A DNA stretch of 64,000 nucleotides, from assembly GCA_963815195.1 (NCBI GenBank), contig CAWFGE010000015.1:448001-512000 (forward strand), written 5' to 3'. Below the pieces are notes generated by a model. It saw only the letters and a program-made list of their open reading frames with translations, was not told where the DNA came from and did not search any database. Positions 45,167 through 54,881 of this stretch are shown here, one piece after another. The stretch comes from an uncultured Planctomycetaceae bacterium. GTDB lineage: Bacteria; Planctomycetota; Planctomycetia; Planctomycetales; Planctomycetaceae. Made by a program: the position numbers and the translations under genes. Each line of letters starts with the position of its first letter. Within the stretch, counting starts at the first letter, position 1.

Positions 45167-45654
45167 GCGCTTCGTTGATACGGGCGAATCAGAAACCGTC
45201 CTGATTCGTGTTTCCCGCCGCCGGGTTTCCTGGCGCTGGGAATCCGGCACTGCATGACTTTCAAATCGGTCCGATCGTACCAGCCGTTTTTTGCCCAAAA
45301 CCGGGAGCCGTCCTCGTTGTCGGCATAGACGAAGAGGCTGCATTTGGCGATTCCCAGCGCTCCCAACTTGGCGAGGCAGCGGTCCACGAGGAGTTTGCCC
45401 AAACCCTGCCCGCGAGCGTCCGCGGCGACCGCGAGATGATGCAAATAGCCCCGCCGACCATCGTGTCCGCACAAGACGGCCGCGAACACGCGGCCTTCCC
45501 GGCGGACGACGAGGCTCAATCCCGGATTGCGCTCGAGGTATGCCGCGAGTTCGTCCGGGGTGTCGCCCTCGCTCAAACCGACGCCCGGCATATCCCGCCA
45601 GAACGCCAGCACGTCCTCGCAGTCGGAAGCGGTCATTTCCACAGGCTGTGTCAT
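45094..45654 (-). CDS. GNAT acetyltransferase (YpeA-like)
   Basis: LCGHDGRRGYLHHLAV, RGQGLG, FWAKNGW; the 3' end overlaps the convergent gene, so the stop is uncertain. Confidence 0.85.
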   Translation of the reverse strand: MTQPVEMTASDCEDVLAFWRDMPGVGLSEGDTPDELAAYLERNPGLSLVVRREGRVFAAVLCGHDGRRGYLHHLAVAADARGQGLGKLLVDRCLAKLGALGIAKCSLFVYADNEDGSRFWAKNGWYDRTDLKVMQCRIPSARKPGGGKHESGRFLIRPYQRSAYCSVQSVSESLSLMNSRFPETTG

Positions 45655-45797
45655 GTTTTGTGTCCATCCACAGAGCAGGATTTCCCCCAAATCCCGATAG
45701 ACAACCGCGAGCGGAAAAGGTTCGGGTGCGAATCAGAAAACGTCCCGATTTGTGTTCCCAGCTCCGGGTTGTCCGGCGCTGGGAAGCGGGCGCTGGA

Positions 45798-46692
45798 TTA
45801 GCCTTTGGGCGGAGCGGACTCCTGGCGGGGGGCGAGTCTGAGGAACTTCTCGTCCACATCCACGTTCAAGCCCTTCGGCGGAATCGGCAATCGGAGCGTC
45901 CACAAAATGGACTGCCCCATCAGCCGGCGGTATTCCGGCCGGCGCCAGTTCTCGTGAAAATGCCCACCGCTGAAGCCGGCGGACCGCCCGCCGTCCGTCC
46001 GGTCCCACGCCCAGGCGACGGTCTCGGTCTTGCCGTCGATCGGCACCTTGATGAGCGGTGTAACCTGCTGCGGCGCCTGGGGGAACTTCAAACGGTAATA
46101 GAACTCTTCGCGGATCGGGAACGATTCGATTCCTCGCAGGATGGGATGATCGGACGCGGGCTTTAAGGTGGCCTCGACGACTTTGAATTTGCGGTCCGGG
46201 CCGCCGTGGCAGCCGCCGAAGAGGGCGATGTAATCGCGGATATATTCCGCGTCCCGGCAGCCCATCCCCCAATGCAGGCACACCAGCCCGCCGCCGCGTT
46301 TTGCGAGCCGCTTGAAAGCCGCGAGCCGCTTAGGTTCCGAGCCGACCCACTTTGCGCCTTCGGAGAGGAACACGACCACGCCGTCGGCTCCATCCAACAG
46401 TTCCGGCCCGCCGGTCCAGGGATCATCCGCCTGAACGACGATGGTTTTTAGGCCGGGAACATCGTGGAGACACGCCGCCATGATGTGCGTGCCGGCCATG
46501 TATTCGTGCGTGGACCACGGGTGGCCGTCCGGCTTTTGCCCCAGCAAAAGCAGTCGTTTCACGGTCTTTGTGTTATTGGAGTTTTGCCCCGGCTCTTCCG
46601 CCGGGCATTGTCCGGCGAACGTCATCCAGCTCAACAGAACAAGCCCAACCCGCGCGGAAAACGCGGCTGGCTTGGATCCCGCGACTTTTCAT
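45798..46692 (-). CDS. ThuA-like domain protein (probable frameshift in the signal region near 46645)
   Basis: GHPWSTHEY, GGGLVCLHW, HPILRG, EEFYY, GFSGGHFH. Confidence 0.8.
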
Positions 46693-46889
46693 GGCCATCC
46701 CCTTCATTTGCAGCAAGCAGAACCAAGATCCGCCAAACCCGCGCGGCGATTTTGGAAAAAATCCAAAATCCCGGCGGTTTCTTGTACGAAAACCGGCGAA
46801 AACCCGCACTCTTAGGAGTGGGCGCGATCGTGTTTTGTCGATTGCGGCGGTCCTATCGAAACCACGGAATGAAAAGAACAGGTTAACAC

Positions 46890-49214
46890 ATGCCTTATAA
46901 TTCACCAAACCCGCCGGGCCATCCCGAGGATCCGAAACACCTCCGGCTGACGCTGCGGACTTTACTCGCGTATCTGGACGATGTACTCGAACCGGCCCAG
47001 GCCCGCGAGATCGGGGCGAAGATTCAAGAGACGCCCTATGCCTCGCAGTTGGTCGACCGAATCCAAGAGGTCCTTCGCCGGCGGCGGGTCGCGGCTCCGG
47101 ACCTCAAAGGGCCGGGTTCGGGACTCGACCCCAACACCGTGGCCGAGTATCTGGACAACACGCTCTCCGCGAAGGCGGTGCCGGACGTGGAGCGGGTGTG
47201 CCTGGAATCCGACGTGCACCTGGCCGAGGTCGCGGCGAGCCATCAGATTTTGACGATGGTGCTCGGCGAGCCGTTGCACGTCAGCGCCGAAAGCCGGGAG
47301 CGGTTGTATGCTTTGATTCCCCAGGCCCTCGCGACGAAGTCCCCGCAAAGTCACCTGGAACCCGCCGCCTCGTCTCACACGGCCCCGGACGTTCCGAAAG
47401 CCGCCGCGGCGGCGACCGCTTCCCGGACCGAAGCCGTGCACGCGGCGAGCAACGGCGGCGGAGCGGGCGCCGCGAAACCGTCCGGCCGGTTTTCCGAATC
47501 GATCCCGGATTACCTCAAACCCAAACCGCTTTGGAAACGGGCTTTGGTCCCGGCGATTGTCGTGCTGGTGTTTTTGGGTTGGCTGGGGTTGATCGTGTTC
47601 GATCCGAGCCTGTTGGGAACTTCCCGCACGGAGTCCGAATCGCCACAGGTCGCCCAAACCGATCAAAAGAAAACCGCCAAGTCGGTCAATCCGCCGGCCC
47701 CGGCCAAACCCGAACCAAAAACCAACAAGCTCGTGGCAAATCCCAACCAGAACCCCCCGGCCAACCAGATGGCGGAACAACCGGCGGTTCCGGAGACGCC
47801 CATCCAAATCGATGAGCCCGCCCCCAAAGACATGAAGGAAGAAAAGGTTCTCGCCAAGGCGGGCACCCTGAAACCGGTGCCCGGCACCGCGGAAAAAGTT
47901 GTGCCCGAACCGGTCGAGCCCCCCGCGAATCCGAAAAGCGGCGAGCCTTCCGAACCGATCGCGAATAACGAGCCGCCCGAAAACCCCGCCGCCAACCCGA
48001 TCCCCCAAGGCCCGCGCGTGTTGTACACGACCAAGCCGGCCAACACGGTCACGAAAAGCGGAATGCTGCTGCGTTATGACGACGCGAAACAGGAATGGGG
48101 CACGATGCTGCCGCGGGCGTATGTGATGCTCGGCGAACCCCTGGCCTGCCCGGAACCCTTGGACGCCGTCTTCAGCGTGGGGCAGACGGATTGCGACGTG
48201 ACCTTCGTCGGCGGAACGTTGGCGAGTTTTCGCGCGGGAAAGGACCCGGCCGCCTTCGCGCTCAAGCTCGATGAGGGCAAGGTGGTCTTCGCCCGGACCG
48301 GGGACAAGCCCGAGCCCGTCACAATCAATGTCATCGTGGGCAGCGACGTCTTGCAACTGGAACTCGTGGAGCCCGGCAGCCGCTGCGGACTGGAAATCCG
48401 TCCCAAGCTGCCCAACCAGTTCGAAAAAGGCCTCGGCCCCGATTGGTATGAAGGCAGACTCTGGGTGCAAGCAGGCCAGGTCCGCTTGCAGGACCGCAAC
48501 AAGCAAACGCAGTTCGTCGCCGCCCAGCAGGCCGTGGATCTGACGCCCCGCACCCCTGCGCCCAATCCACCGGCCGCGGCTCCTGTGATGGTGGAGATGG
48601 ACGCGATCCTTCCCGATTGGCTCAATCCCACCGGCCGCGACTTTCTGAAGCTCCACGCCCAGTACGTCCGGCAACTCCACGCGGCCTTCACCGACGCCGA
48701 CATCGAATCGGACGTGACCATGGTGCTTCTGCCGTTGGCGAAAGACGACCGAACGCCTCCGCAAGTGGCGGTGATGGCAGCGAAGACGTTGGCTATGACG
48801 GGCTGCCTCCGCGACGTGGCGGAACTGCTCTCCCTCTCCGCCGCCACGCCGATGGAACTCCGCGAGGCGACGATCGACGGCATTCGGCATTGGCTGACTT
48901 TGCATCCCACCAAAAAAGAAGGCGAGCTTCTGCGAAACCAGCTCCGGCGGAACTTCCACCAGGACACCGCCGATATTATCTACCGCTTAATGTGGGGCTT
49001 TCGCAAAACCGATCTCCAAAACAAAAGCGAAGCCTTGACCGTGGTGGATTGGCTCGACCACAACGACCTCACCGTGCGGACGTTGGCTTTTCGGATCCTC
49101 TCCAATCTCACGGGCCACACCAACAACTACCGCCCGTTCGACACCGCCAGCGGGCGCCGCCTCGCCGTCCAACGCTGGCGCGAGGAAGTCAACGCAGGGA
49201 AATTGTTTAATTAA
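46890..49214 (+). CDS. Large single-pass membrane protein (anti-sigma-like N-terminus, Pro-rich linker)
   Basis: RLTLRTLLAYLDD, VAEYLDN, LAEVAASHQIL; one TM; helical C-terminus. Confidence 0.75.
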   Translation: MPYNSPNPPGHPEDPKHLRLTLRTLLAYLDDVLEPAQAREIGAKIQETPYASQLVDRIQEVLRRRRVAAPDLKGPGSGLDPNTVAEYLDNTLSAKAVPDVERVCLESDVHLAEVAASHQILTMVLGEPLHVSAESRERLYALIPQALATKSPQSHLEPAASSHTAPDVPKAAAAATASRTEAVHAASNGGGAGAAKPSGRFSESIPDYLKPKPLWKRALVPAIVVLVFLGWLGLIVFDPSLLGTSRTESESPQVAQTDQKKTAKSVNPPAPAKPEPKTNKLVANPNQNPPANQMAEQPAVPETPIQIDEPAPKDMKEEKVLAKAGTLKPVPGTAEKVVPEPVEPPANPKSGEPSEPIANNEPPENPAANPIPQGPRVLYTTKPANTVTKSGMLLRYDDAKQEWGTMLPRAYVMLGEPLACPEPLDAVFSVGQTDCDVTFVGGTLASFRAGKDPAAFALKLDEGKVVFARTGDKPEPVTINVIVGSDVLQLELVEPGSRCGLEIRPKLPNQFEKGLGPDWYEGRLWVQAGQVRLQDRNKQTQFVAAQQAVDLTPRTPAPNPPAAAPVMVEMDAILPDWLNPTGRDFLKLHAQYVRQLHAAFTDADIESDVTMVLLPLAKDDRTPPQVAVMAAKTLAMTGCLRDVAELLSLSAATPMELREATIDGIRHWLTLHPTKKEGELLRNQLRRNFHQDTADIIYRLMWGFRKTDLQNKSEALTVVDWLDHNDLTVRTLAFRILSNLTGHTNNYRPFDTASGRRLAVQRWREEVNAGKLFN

Positions 49215-49470
49215 CTCAAACTGTAAGCGTTTGGGTGGCTGGGGCGCAAATCCGGCTTGGAATAGGGCTTGAACTGCGAATGCTGGGGCTGTGGCCGGGC
49301 GAGAAAAATCTCACACGGCCCCAGGCCTCAAATCTCCTTTTTCCTTGGACCATTCCTTTGCGCCCCACAAACCGGGGCTCGCCTGGGCTGTTAAAAAATT
49401 GGTATTGAAGTCTAAAAACGCGGGTTCTGGCTCGCGCCACCTGTGTTCTCGTTTTTTTTGGAAAGCATTC

Positions 49471-49646
49471 GGGCCGAAGGCCCGGCTCTATGTCATCCCA
49501 GGGTCAGCCCAGGGCCAGCAGCGCCGCCCTGGGTTACGGATGATCAATGAAACGCAAGCCCCAAAGGGGCGGCCCGATGTGGCAGCTCTTGCCACGGAAC
49601 AAGGCATTGCGTATTTCCGATTTCGGGCCGCCCCGTTGGGGCTTTG
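49471..49646. repeat. About 180-bp palindromic element (REPIN/MITE-like, family G), copy 1
   Basis: GGGCCGAAGGCCCGGCTCTATGT..CCCAGGG..GCGCCGCCCTGGGTTACGGATGAT..GCCCCAA.GGGGCGGCCC; second copy at 60622-60816. Confidence 0.75.
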
Positions 49647-49653
49647 TTTTCAA

Positions 49654-49723
49654 GAGCCGCGGACGAAGTAAGCGGTTTTCAGGGACTCAGACAACGCAAG
49701 ACCGCTTACTTCGTGCGCGGCTC
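49654..49723. repeat. REP family B inverted pair (GAGCCGCGSACGAAGTAAGCGGT)
   Basis: Same unit at 6532-6553, 51274-51344 and in tandem at 61093-61250. Confidence 0.8.
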
Positions 49724-49878
49724 AGGCATTTTTGGAAGTACTCAAATTTGAAACAGTTGAATTTACGAACGGTCGAAAAGCTGCGCAAAGTCAAATCGTC
49801 GTCAACACCAAATTTTTAACGGCCCAGCGTCGCGCCCTGCGGCTAATGAATTGCGATAACGACTCCCGGAGGAAATCT

Positions 49879-50640
49879 TTAGCGAGCCAGCCAGCCGCCG
49901 TCGATGACCACAATGCTCCCGTGCATGTAGTTGGAAGCGTCAGACGCCAGGAACACCGCGAGCGGGGCGATCTCATCGGGTTGCCCCCAGCGGCCGGCGG
50001 GAATCCGATCCAAAATCTGCGGCCCGCGGACGGGATCGTTCCGCAGTCCGCCGGGCGGGTCCGTGTCGAAATAGCCCGGGGCGATGCAGTTGACGTTGAC
50101 GCCCCGCGCCGCCCAGGCCGTCGCCAAGGATTTCGTGAGCCCCGCGATGGCGTGCTTGGCGGCGGTGTAGGCGGGGATGTGCCAGCCGCCCTCGAAGCTC
50201 AGCACGGAGCCGATGTTGATGATCTTCCCCCGGCCCCGGCGGAACATGTGCGGCGCCGCTTGCTGCGCGAGATCGAAACTCGCATTCAAATGGATTTCCA
50301 ACAAATACCGGAACCGCTCGTCGGCGTAATCTTCCGGGGGAAAGCGTTCGCAGATGCCGGCGTTGTTGACGAGAATATCGACCGGCCCCAGCTTGCCGGC
50401 GATTTGATCGATCAGCCCCCGCCTTTGAGCCGGGTCGCCCAAGTCGGCCCGCAGATCCAAAAAGCCCCGCCCGCAGCTTTCCACCAACTCCCGCGTCTCG
50501 TCCGCGGTTTCCCGGCGCGAAACATTCGCAATATCCGCCCCCGCTTGAGCCAATCCCCAAGCGATCGCCTGCCCCAACCCGTGGCTGGCTCCCGTCACCA
50601 AGGCCACCCGGCCTTCGAGTTTGAACTGATCGAAAATCAT
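49879..50640 (-). CDS. kduD: SDR oxidoreductase, 2-deoxy-D-gluconate 3-dehydrogenase-like
   Basis: TGASHGLG, NNAG, GKIINIGS, YTAAKH, NCIAPGY, RIPAGRWG. Confidence 0.75.
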   Translation of the reverse strand: MIFDQFKLEGRVALVTGASHGLGQAIAWGLAQAGADIANVSRRETADETRELVESCGRGFLDLRADLGDPAQRRGLIDQIAGKLGPVDILVNNAGICERFPPEDYADERFRYLLEIHLNASFDLAQQAAPHMFRRGRGKIINIGSVLSFEGGWHIPAYTAAKHAIAGLTKSLATAWAARGVNVNCIAPGYFDTDPPGGLRNDPVRGPQILDRIPAGRWGQPDEIAPLAVFLASDASNYMHGSIVVIDGGWLAR

Positions 50641-50664
50641 CGGCTCCCGGTCTTTCTTTCGAAA

Positions 50665-50748
50665 GGCGAGCGGGAGGTGTCAGCCTCCCGGTGACACGGA
50701 TCGACCCGAAACTCCACGAAACCGGGAGGCTGACACCTCCGGCTCGCC
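50665..50748. repeat. REP family A inverted pair
   Basis: GGCGAGCGGGAGGTGTCAGCCTCCCGGT ... ACCGGGAGGCTGACACCTCCGGCTCGCC. Confidence 0.8.
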
Positions 50749-50757
50749 TGCACGGTT

Positions 50758-51228
50758 TCAGGCGGCACGCTGGTCTTTTTCGTGATCGCGCACTACCGCG
50801 GCGATCTGGTCGGGCGGGCGATTGATCAACCGCGCGATCTCATCGATAGAATAACCGGCTCCGGCCAGATGGACCACCATCCGCCGCTGTTCGGGAGGCA
50901 GCGGCGAAGTTTTCCCGGTCCGTTCTTCGAGCAGCGTTTCCAGCCGCACGATTTCGCGGTCCGCCTCGGCGATGAGTTGATCGAGCATCGTCATCGTGGT
51001 TTCCACGCGGGCGGCCACGTCGCGGTCGTAATCGTGCAGCCGAACTTCCATCTGTTGGATCTGAGATTCGGCGGACCGCTGCTTTTTTTGAAGCTCCGAT
51101 TGCAGTTCCTTGGACACATCCCGATTCCGGGACCGCCGACTGCGCACCGCCGAGCTTCGCAGCATCAGTGCCGACCACACCATCAGCCCCAAAAAAATCA
51201 GGTTCGGCCCCGTGAGGAATTTTTCCAA
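50758..51228 (-). CDS. Membrane-anchored coiled-coil protein with C-terminal HTH-like motif (DUF2802-like)
   Basis: One TM, coiled coil, LAGAGYSIDEIAR; probable TTG start after GGAGG. Confidence 0.65.
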   Translation of the reverse strand: MEKFLTGPNLIFLGLMVWSALMLRSSAVRSRRSRNRDVSKELQSELQKKQRSAESQIQQMEVRLHDYDRDVAARVETTMTMLDQLIAEADREIVRLETLLEERTGKTSPLPPEQRRMVVHLAGAGYSIDEIARLINRPPDQIAAVVRDHEKDQRAA

Positions 51229-51273
51229 ACCGCCGCCTCCATGCGAGTTTGCGTGTTGCCAGTTGATCGTCTT

Positions 51274-51344
51274 GAGCCGCGCACGAAGTAAGCGGTTTTT
51301 TAACAATTCGGAGATCGCAATACCGCTTACTTCGTGCGCGGCTC
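51274..51344. repeat. REP family B inverted pair
   Basis: GAGCCGCGCACGAAGTAAGCGGT ... ACCGCTTACTTCGTGCGCGGCTC. Confidence 0.8.
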
Positions 51345-51387
51345 AGTCGTTTTAACGACTGAATTCAAATTCGTCATTGGTGCTTGG

Positions 51388-52671
51388 TCATTGGTCATTA
51401 TGATCGTGGTGCGTGTCGTGGTCGTGATGATGATGGTCGTGGTGGTCGTGATCGTGGTGCTGCGACTCCGCGGGGGCAGGGCAGGGGACTCTGCGGGGAA
51501 GGTTTTGCGGATCGAATGCGGACTCGGCGGTGCGGTAGATTTGACGCAGCGGGACCCCATGCTCGGCGGCGAGCTTCGCGCAGTCGTCGAACTCCGGGGT
51601 GAAGATCGGCTCGTCGCCTTGCCTCCATCCGAGCTTGCCCCGCACCGGGCCCCAGACGGTTTCGACGGTGTGCTCTTCGCGGGTGCGTTTGGAGCGCTGC
51701 ATGAGATGCCTGCGAACGCCGAAGGTCGCGGTTTCCTCGAACAGAATCGATTCCAAACGCTCCACGTCGCCGGGACTCGCGATGACGCTGAGCAAAACGC
51801 CGGGGCGGTCTTTTTTCATTTGGATCGGGATCGTGTAAACGTCCCGGGCCCCGGCTGCGAAGAGTTTTTGGCGGGTGTAGCCGATGATCTCGCCGGAGAC
51901 ATCATCGAGGTTCGTTTCCAGGACGTAAATCTGGTCGGATTCGCTGGAGAGGGCGGCGGTGCCCACGAACATCCGCACGAGGTTCGCCCGCTGCGGAAAG
52001 TCGCGGGTTCCGGCTCCGTAGCCGATGCGTTCGATCGTCATTTCGGGGAGCGGGCCGAAGCGGTCGGCCAATGTGGTGACGATCGCGGCCCCGGTGGGCG
52101 TGGTGAGTTCGGAATCGATCGGCACGTCCGCGAGTGGAATGCCTTTCAAAAGTTCCGCCGTCCCCGGCGTGGGGACCGTGCAGATGCCATGATCGATCAC
52201 GACTTGCCCCCGGCCCGTCGGCAGCGGGCTGCAAACGATTTGATCGGCCGCCAAGAGGTCAAATCCGATCGCCGCCCCGACGATGTCCACGATCGAATCG
52301 ATCGCCCCAACTTCGTGGAAGTGGACTTCTTCGATCGACATCCCGTGGACTTTGGCCTCGGCCCGGGCGACGGCTCCGAAGATGCGTTTGGCGAGGTCTT
52401 TTTGCGGCGGGGTGACGGCGTCCGCGCGGTCGATCAACGCGTGCACGTCCGAGAGATGCCGATGCGCGTGCTGTTCGGGATGCTCCACGCGGACATGGAT
52501 CGCCCGGAATCCGCCTTTGATGACGGTTTCCGTCAGAAGCAGGACGCCCTCGAGGCCCATCGAATCGATCCCCGCGCGGATCGCGGCCGCATCGACGCCG
52601 GCGTCGATGAGGGCTCCGAGGGTCATGTCACCGCTGATGCCGGTGGAGCAATCGAGATAGGCAATCCGCAC
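51388..52671 (-). CDS. larC: Nickel pincer cofactor biosynthesis protein LarC
   Basis: YLDCSTGISGDM, VHFHEVGAIDSIVD, ELTTPTG, ETNLDD, MKKDRPG, PEFDD; His-rich C-terminal tail. Confidence 0.95.
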   Translation of the reverse strand: MRIAYLDCSTGISGDMTLGALIDAGVDAAAIRAGIDSMGLEGVLLLTETVIKGGFRAIHVRVEHPEQHAHRHLSDVHALIDRADAVTPPQKDLAKRIFGAVARAEAKVHGMSIEEVHFHEVGAIDSIVDIVGAAIGFDLLAADQIVCSPLPTGRGQVVIDHGICTVPTPGTAELLKGIPLADVPIDSELTTPTGAAIVTTLADRFGPLPEMTIERIGYGAGTRDFPQRANLVRMFVGTAALSSESDQIYVLETNLDDVSGEIIGYTRQKLFAAGARDVYTIPIQMKKDRPGVLLSVIASPGDVERLESILFEETATFGVRRHLMQRSKRTREEHTVETVWGPVRGKLGWRQGDEPIFTPEFDDCAKLAAEHGVPLRQIYRTAESAFDPQNLPRRVPCPAPAESQHHDHDHHDHHHHDHDTHHDHNDQ

Positions 52672-52924
52672 GGAACATTTTCCTTTGGGATCAAAGGCTT
52701 GGGGCGGGCGTGGTTGGCACTCGCGAGATTCTATCGGCAGGCTGTGCGCAAACCAAGATCAAATGCGGTGATCGCGAGGGCGGGGGACCAGGCGAGCGGG
52801 GCGTCGGCCCGGGCGTCGGCCCCATGATCGTTTTGAATTGGGAACCACTTTGTTCGTTGGATGTGATCAGCCAGCTTACGCTGGCCGCTCGCCGAAAACT
52901 GTTTTGGCTCGGGAAGCCGCTCGG

Positions 52925-53581
52925 TTAGCCGTTTTTCTTCTGGTCTTGCAGGCGGGCGCGTTCGAGGGGGGAGAGGTTTTTGCCCGCGTCTTTGGCGGGG
53001 GCGTTTTGCGGGGCGGCCGATTCCGCGGGGGGGACCGTTTCCTCGGCGGGGGCTTTTTCGCCTCCACCGGCCCCTTGCTGGCGGGCGAGTTCCAACGGCG
53101 AGAGCTTTTTGCCCGCCGGTTTGGACTCGGCTTTCCCCGCGGGTTTGCTTTCCGCTTTCGCTCCGCCGCCCGCGGCTTGTTGGCGGGCGAGTTCCAAGGG
53201 GGAGAGCTTTTTGCCGGCGGGTTTGGACTCGGCTTTCGCTCCGCCGCCCCCGGCTTGTTGGCGGGCGAGTTCGAGCGGGCTTTTGCCGGCGGTTTTCGCG
53301 GGCGATTTTTTGGCCGTGGCGGGTTTGGCTTCCGCCTCTTCGGCTGGGGCTTTCTTCTTTTTGACCGGAGCGTCCACAACCTGGAGGTTGTTCAGGTCGA
53401 TATCGTACCAGCCGATGTCCTCGGGCCCGTCGAACTCGACCAGAGCCCGGCAGTTCATGTTGACGGTCTTCACCGTGCCCGTGAGGTTTTGAAACCGCCT
53501 CAGATAGGGAACGTCGGGATTGACCACGACGTATTTATCGGTCCATTCGCGTTTTAGTTTTTCAGCTTGTTCGATCGACAT
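52925..53581 (-). CDS. Hypothetical protein: small SH3-like N-domain plus four SPLExARxQ repeats
   Basis: MSIEQAEKLKREWTDKYV...TGTVKTVNMNCRALVEFDG...WYDI, followed by an A/K/P-rich region with the repeats. Confidence 0.75.
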   Translation of the reverse strand: MSIEQAEKLKREWTDKYVVVNPDVPYLRRFQNLTGTVKTVNMNCRALVEFDGPEDIGWYDIDLNNLQVVDAPVKKKKAPAEEAEAKPATAKKSPAKTAGKSPLELARQQAGGGGAKAESKPAGKKLSPLELARQQAAGGGAKAESKPAGKAESKPAGKKLSPLELARQQGAGGGEKAPAEETVPPAESAAPQNAPAKDAGKNLSPLERARLQDQKKNG

Positions 53582-53697
53582 CGTCGCAAATTGGGTCAAA
53601 AGGCAAAGGAAGAGGAGAACGGACAGTCCCGCCGCGGGAAAATCTCCGCCCGGCGTTTCAGGGATCATACCCCAAGCGGGGAAAAATGGGAACCAAA

Positions 53698-54762
53698 TTA
53701 CCGCTGATAAATCGGCAGATAGCGGTAATCGATGGCGAGCGCCAAAACGGCCATCGCGGTGCAGTATGTGCGGCCGTAGCGTCCCTCGGCCCGTCCCAGC
53801 CAGCTGCCGTCGAGGTGCTGCGTGGAAATCAGCAGGTTTTCGATCACGGGCTGGGTGTCTTCCCAATACTTGCCGCCCATCTTGAACATGCCCACGCTGC
53901 AATAATAGACGCCGTAGAAGAAATGCTGCTCGTTCCAGTGGAGCGGCCGCCTGAGCAGATAATTCGCGGCCGAAAGGGCCGCCGCGGAATGCACGCGCTT
54001 GCCGTCGACTTCGTCGTGGTCGCCCGCGACTTCGAGGGCAACGAGTCCGGTGCCCGTGCGGACGGCCGTGGGGCGTTGGCCGGGCTGATAAGTGAACCCG
54101 CCGTCGGAACTGCAATTTTTGACATAGGCGATGGCCCGGTCGATGTTTTTCTTGGGCACGTCGCAGCCAACGTTCTTGGCCGCGCGGAGGGCCAGAAGCT
54201 GCCAACCGGTGACGCTCAAATCGCTGTCGGGGCTGGCGGGAGAATATCGCCAGCCCCCTTCGTGGTTGCGGGCTTTGGGCACGTCCTGGGCTTTGATGAT
54301 GACCTCGACGGCCCGCTCCAAAGCTTTTCGGCAGCCTTTCGCCTGGCGTTTTTCCATCATGCCGACGACCTCGGCGAGCATCAACGTGCTGATGCCGTGG
54401 CTGTACATCGGACCGTGGCTCGCGCGCTGCGCCACCAGCATCCCGTCGGGCCGCTGCTGATGGATGACCCACTGAATGCCCTCGCTGATCTTGTCGCCGT
54501 AAGGCCCTTCGCCGGGAACGTGGCCCGCCGCGAGAAACGCCATCACCGCCAGCGACGTGCCCGCGGTGGAGTCGCCGTAGGCGTCGATCCGCCAGGCACC
54601 CGAGGGTTGCTGTTCGCGGGCCAGAAACCGGAGGGCGTTGGAGACCGCCCGATCGACGCGCTCCTGTTGAGGCGTCCGCTCCTGAGCTCCGGCCGTCACC
54701 GGCACCGTGAAAATCAACCCGATCGCGACGACAAACATTCGGTTTCGCAGGAAGGACGACAT
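53698..54762 (-). CDS. Prenyltransferase/squalene oxidase repeat protein
   Basis: Signal peptide; QQPSGAW, MYSHGISTL, GGWRY, SDLSVTGWQ, GGFTY, DGSW, YLPIYQR. Confidence 0.88.
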   Translation of the reverse strand: MSSFLRNRMFVVAIGLIFTVPVTAGAQERTPQQERVDRAVSNALRFLAREQQPSGAWRIDAYGDSTAGTSLAVMAFLAAGHVPGEGPYGDKISEGIQWVIHQQRPDGMLVAQRASHGPMYSHGISTLMLAEVVGMMEKRQAKGCRKALERAVEVIIKAQDVPKARNHEGGWRYSPASPDSDLSVTGWQLLALRAAKNVGCDVPKKNIDRAIAYVKNCSSDGGFTYQPGQRPTAVRTGTGLVALEVAGDHDEVDGKRVHSAAALSAANYLLRRPLHWNEQHFFYGVYYCSVGMFKMGGKYWEDTQPVIENLLISTQHLDGSWLGRAEGRYGRTYCTAMAVLALAIDYRYLPIYQR

Positions 54763-54794
54763 AAAAACGATTGCCTTTTGACGTGGGGTCTTCC

Positions 54795-54852
54795 GTAGCG
54801 GCGGCTTCCAGCCGCCGAAGATCGATCCACGGCGGCAAGATGCCGCCGCTAC
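54795..54852. repeat. REP family C inverted pair
   Basis: GTAGCGGCGGCTTCCAGCCGCCG ... CGGCGGCAAGATGCCGCCGCTAC. Confidence 0.8.
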
Positions 54853-54881
54853 GTTGGCTGCGCCTTTGTCGGGGATGACGG

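Noticed and set aside
45184..45800. Integron attC sites around the GNAT gene
   Set aside because: The repeats lack RYYYAAC/GTTRRRY ends and there is no integron integrase; kept only as an unexplained direct repeat
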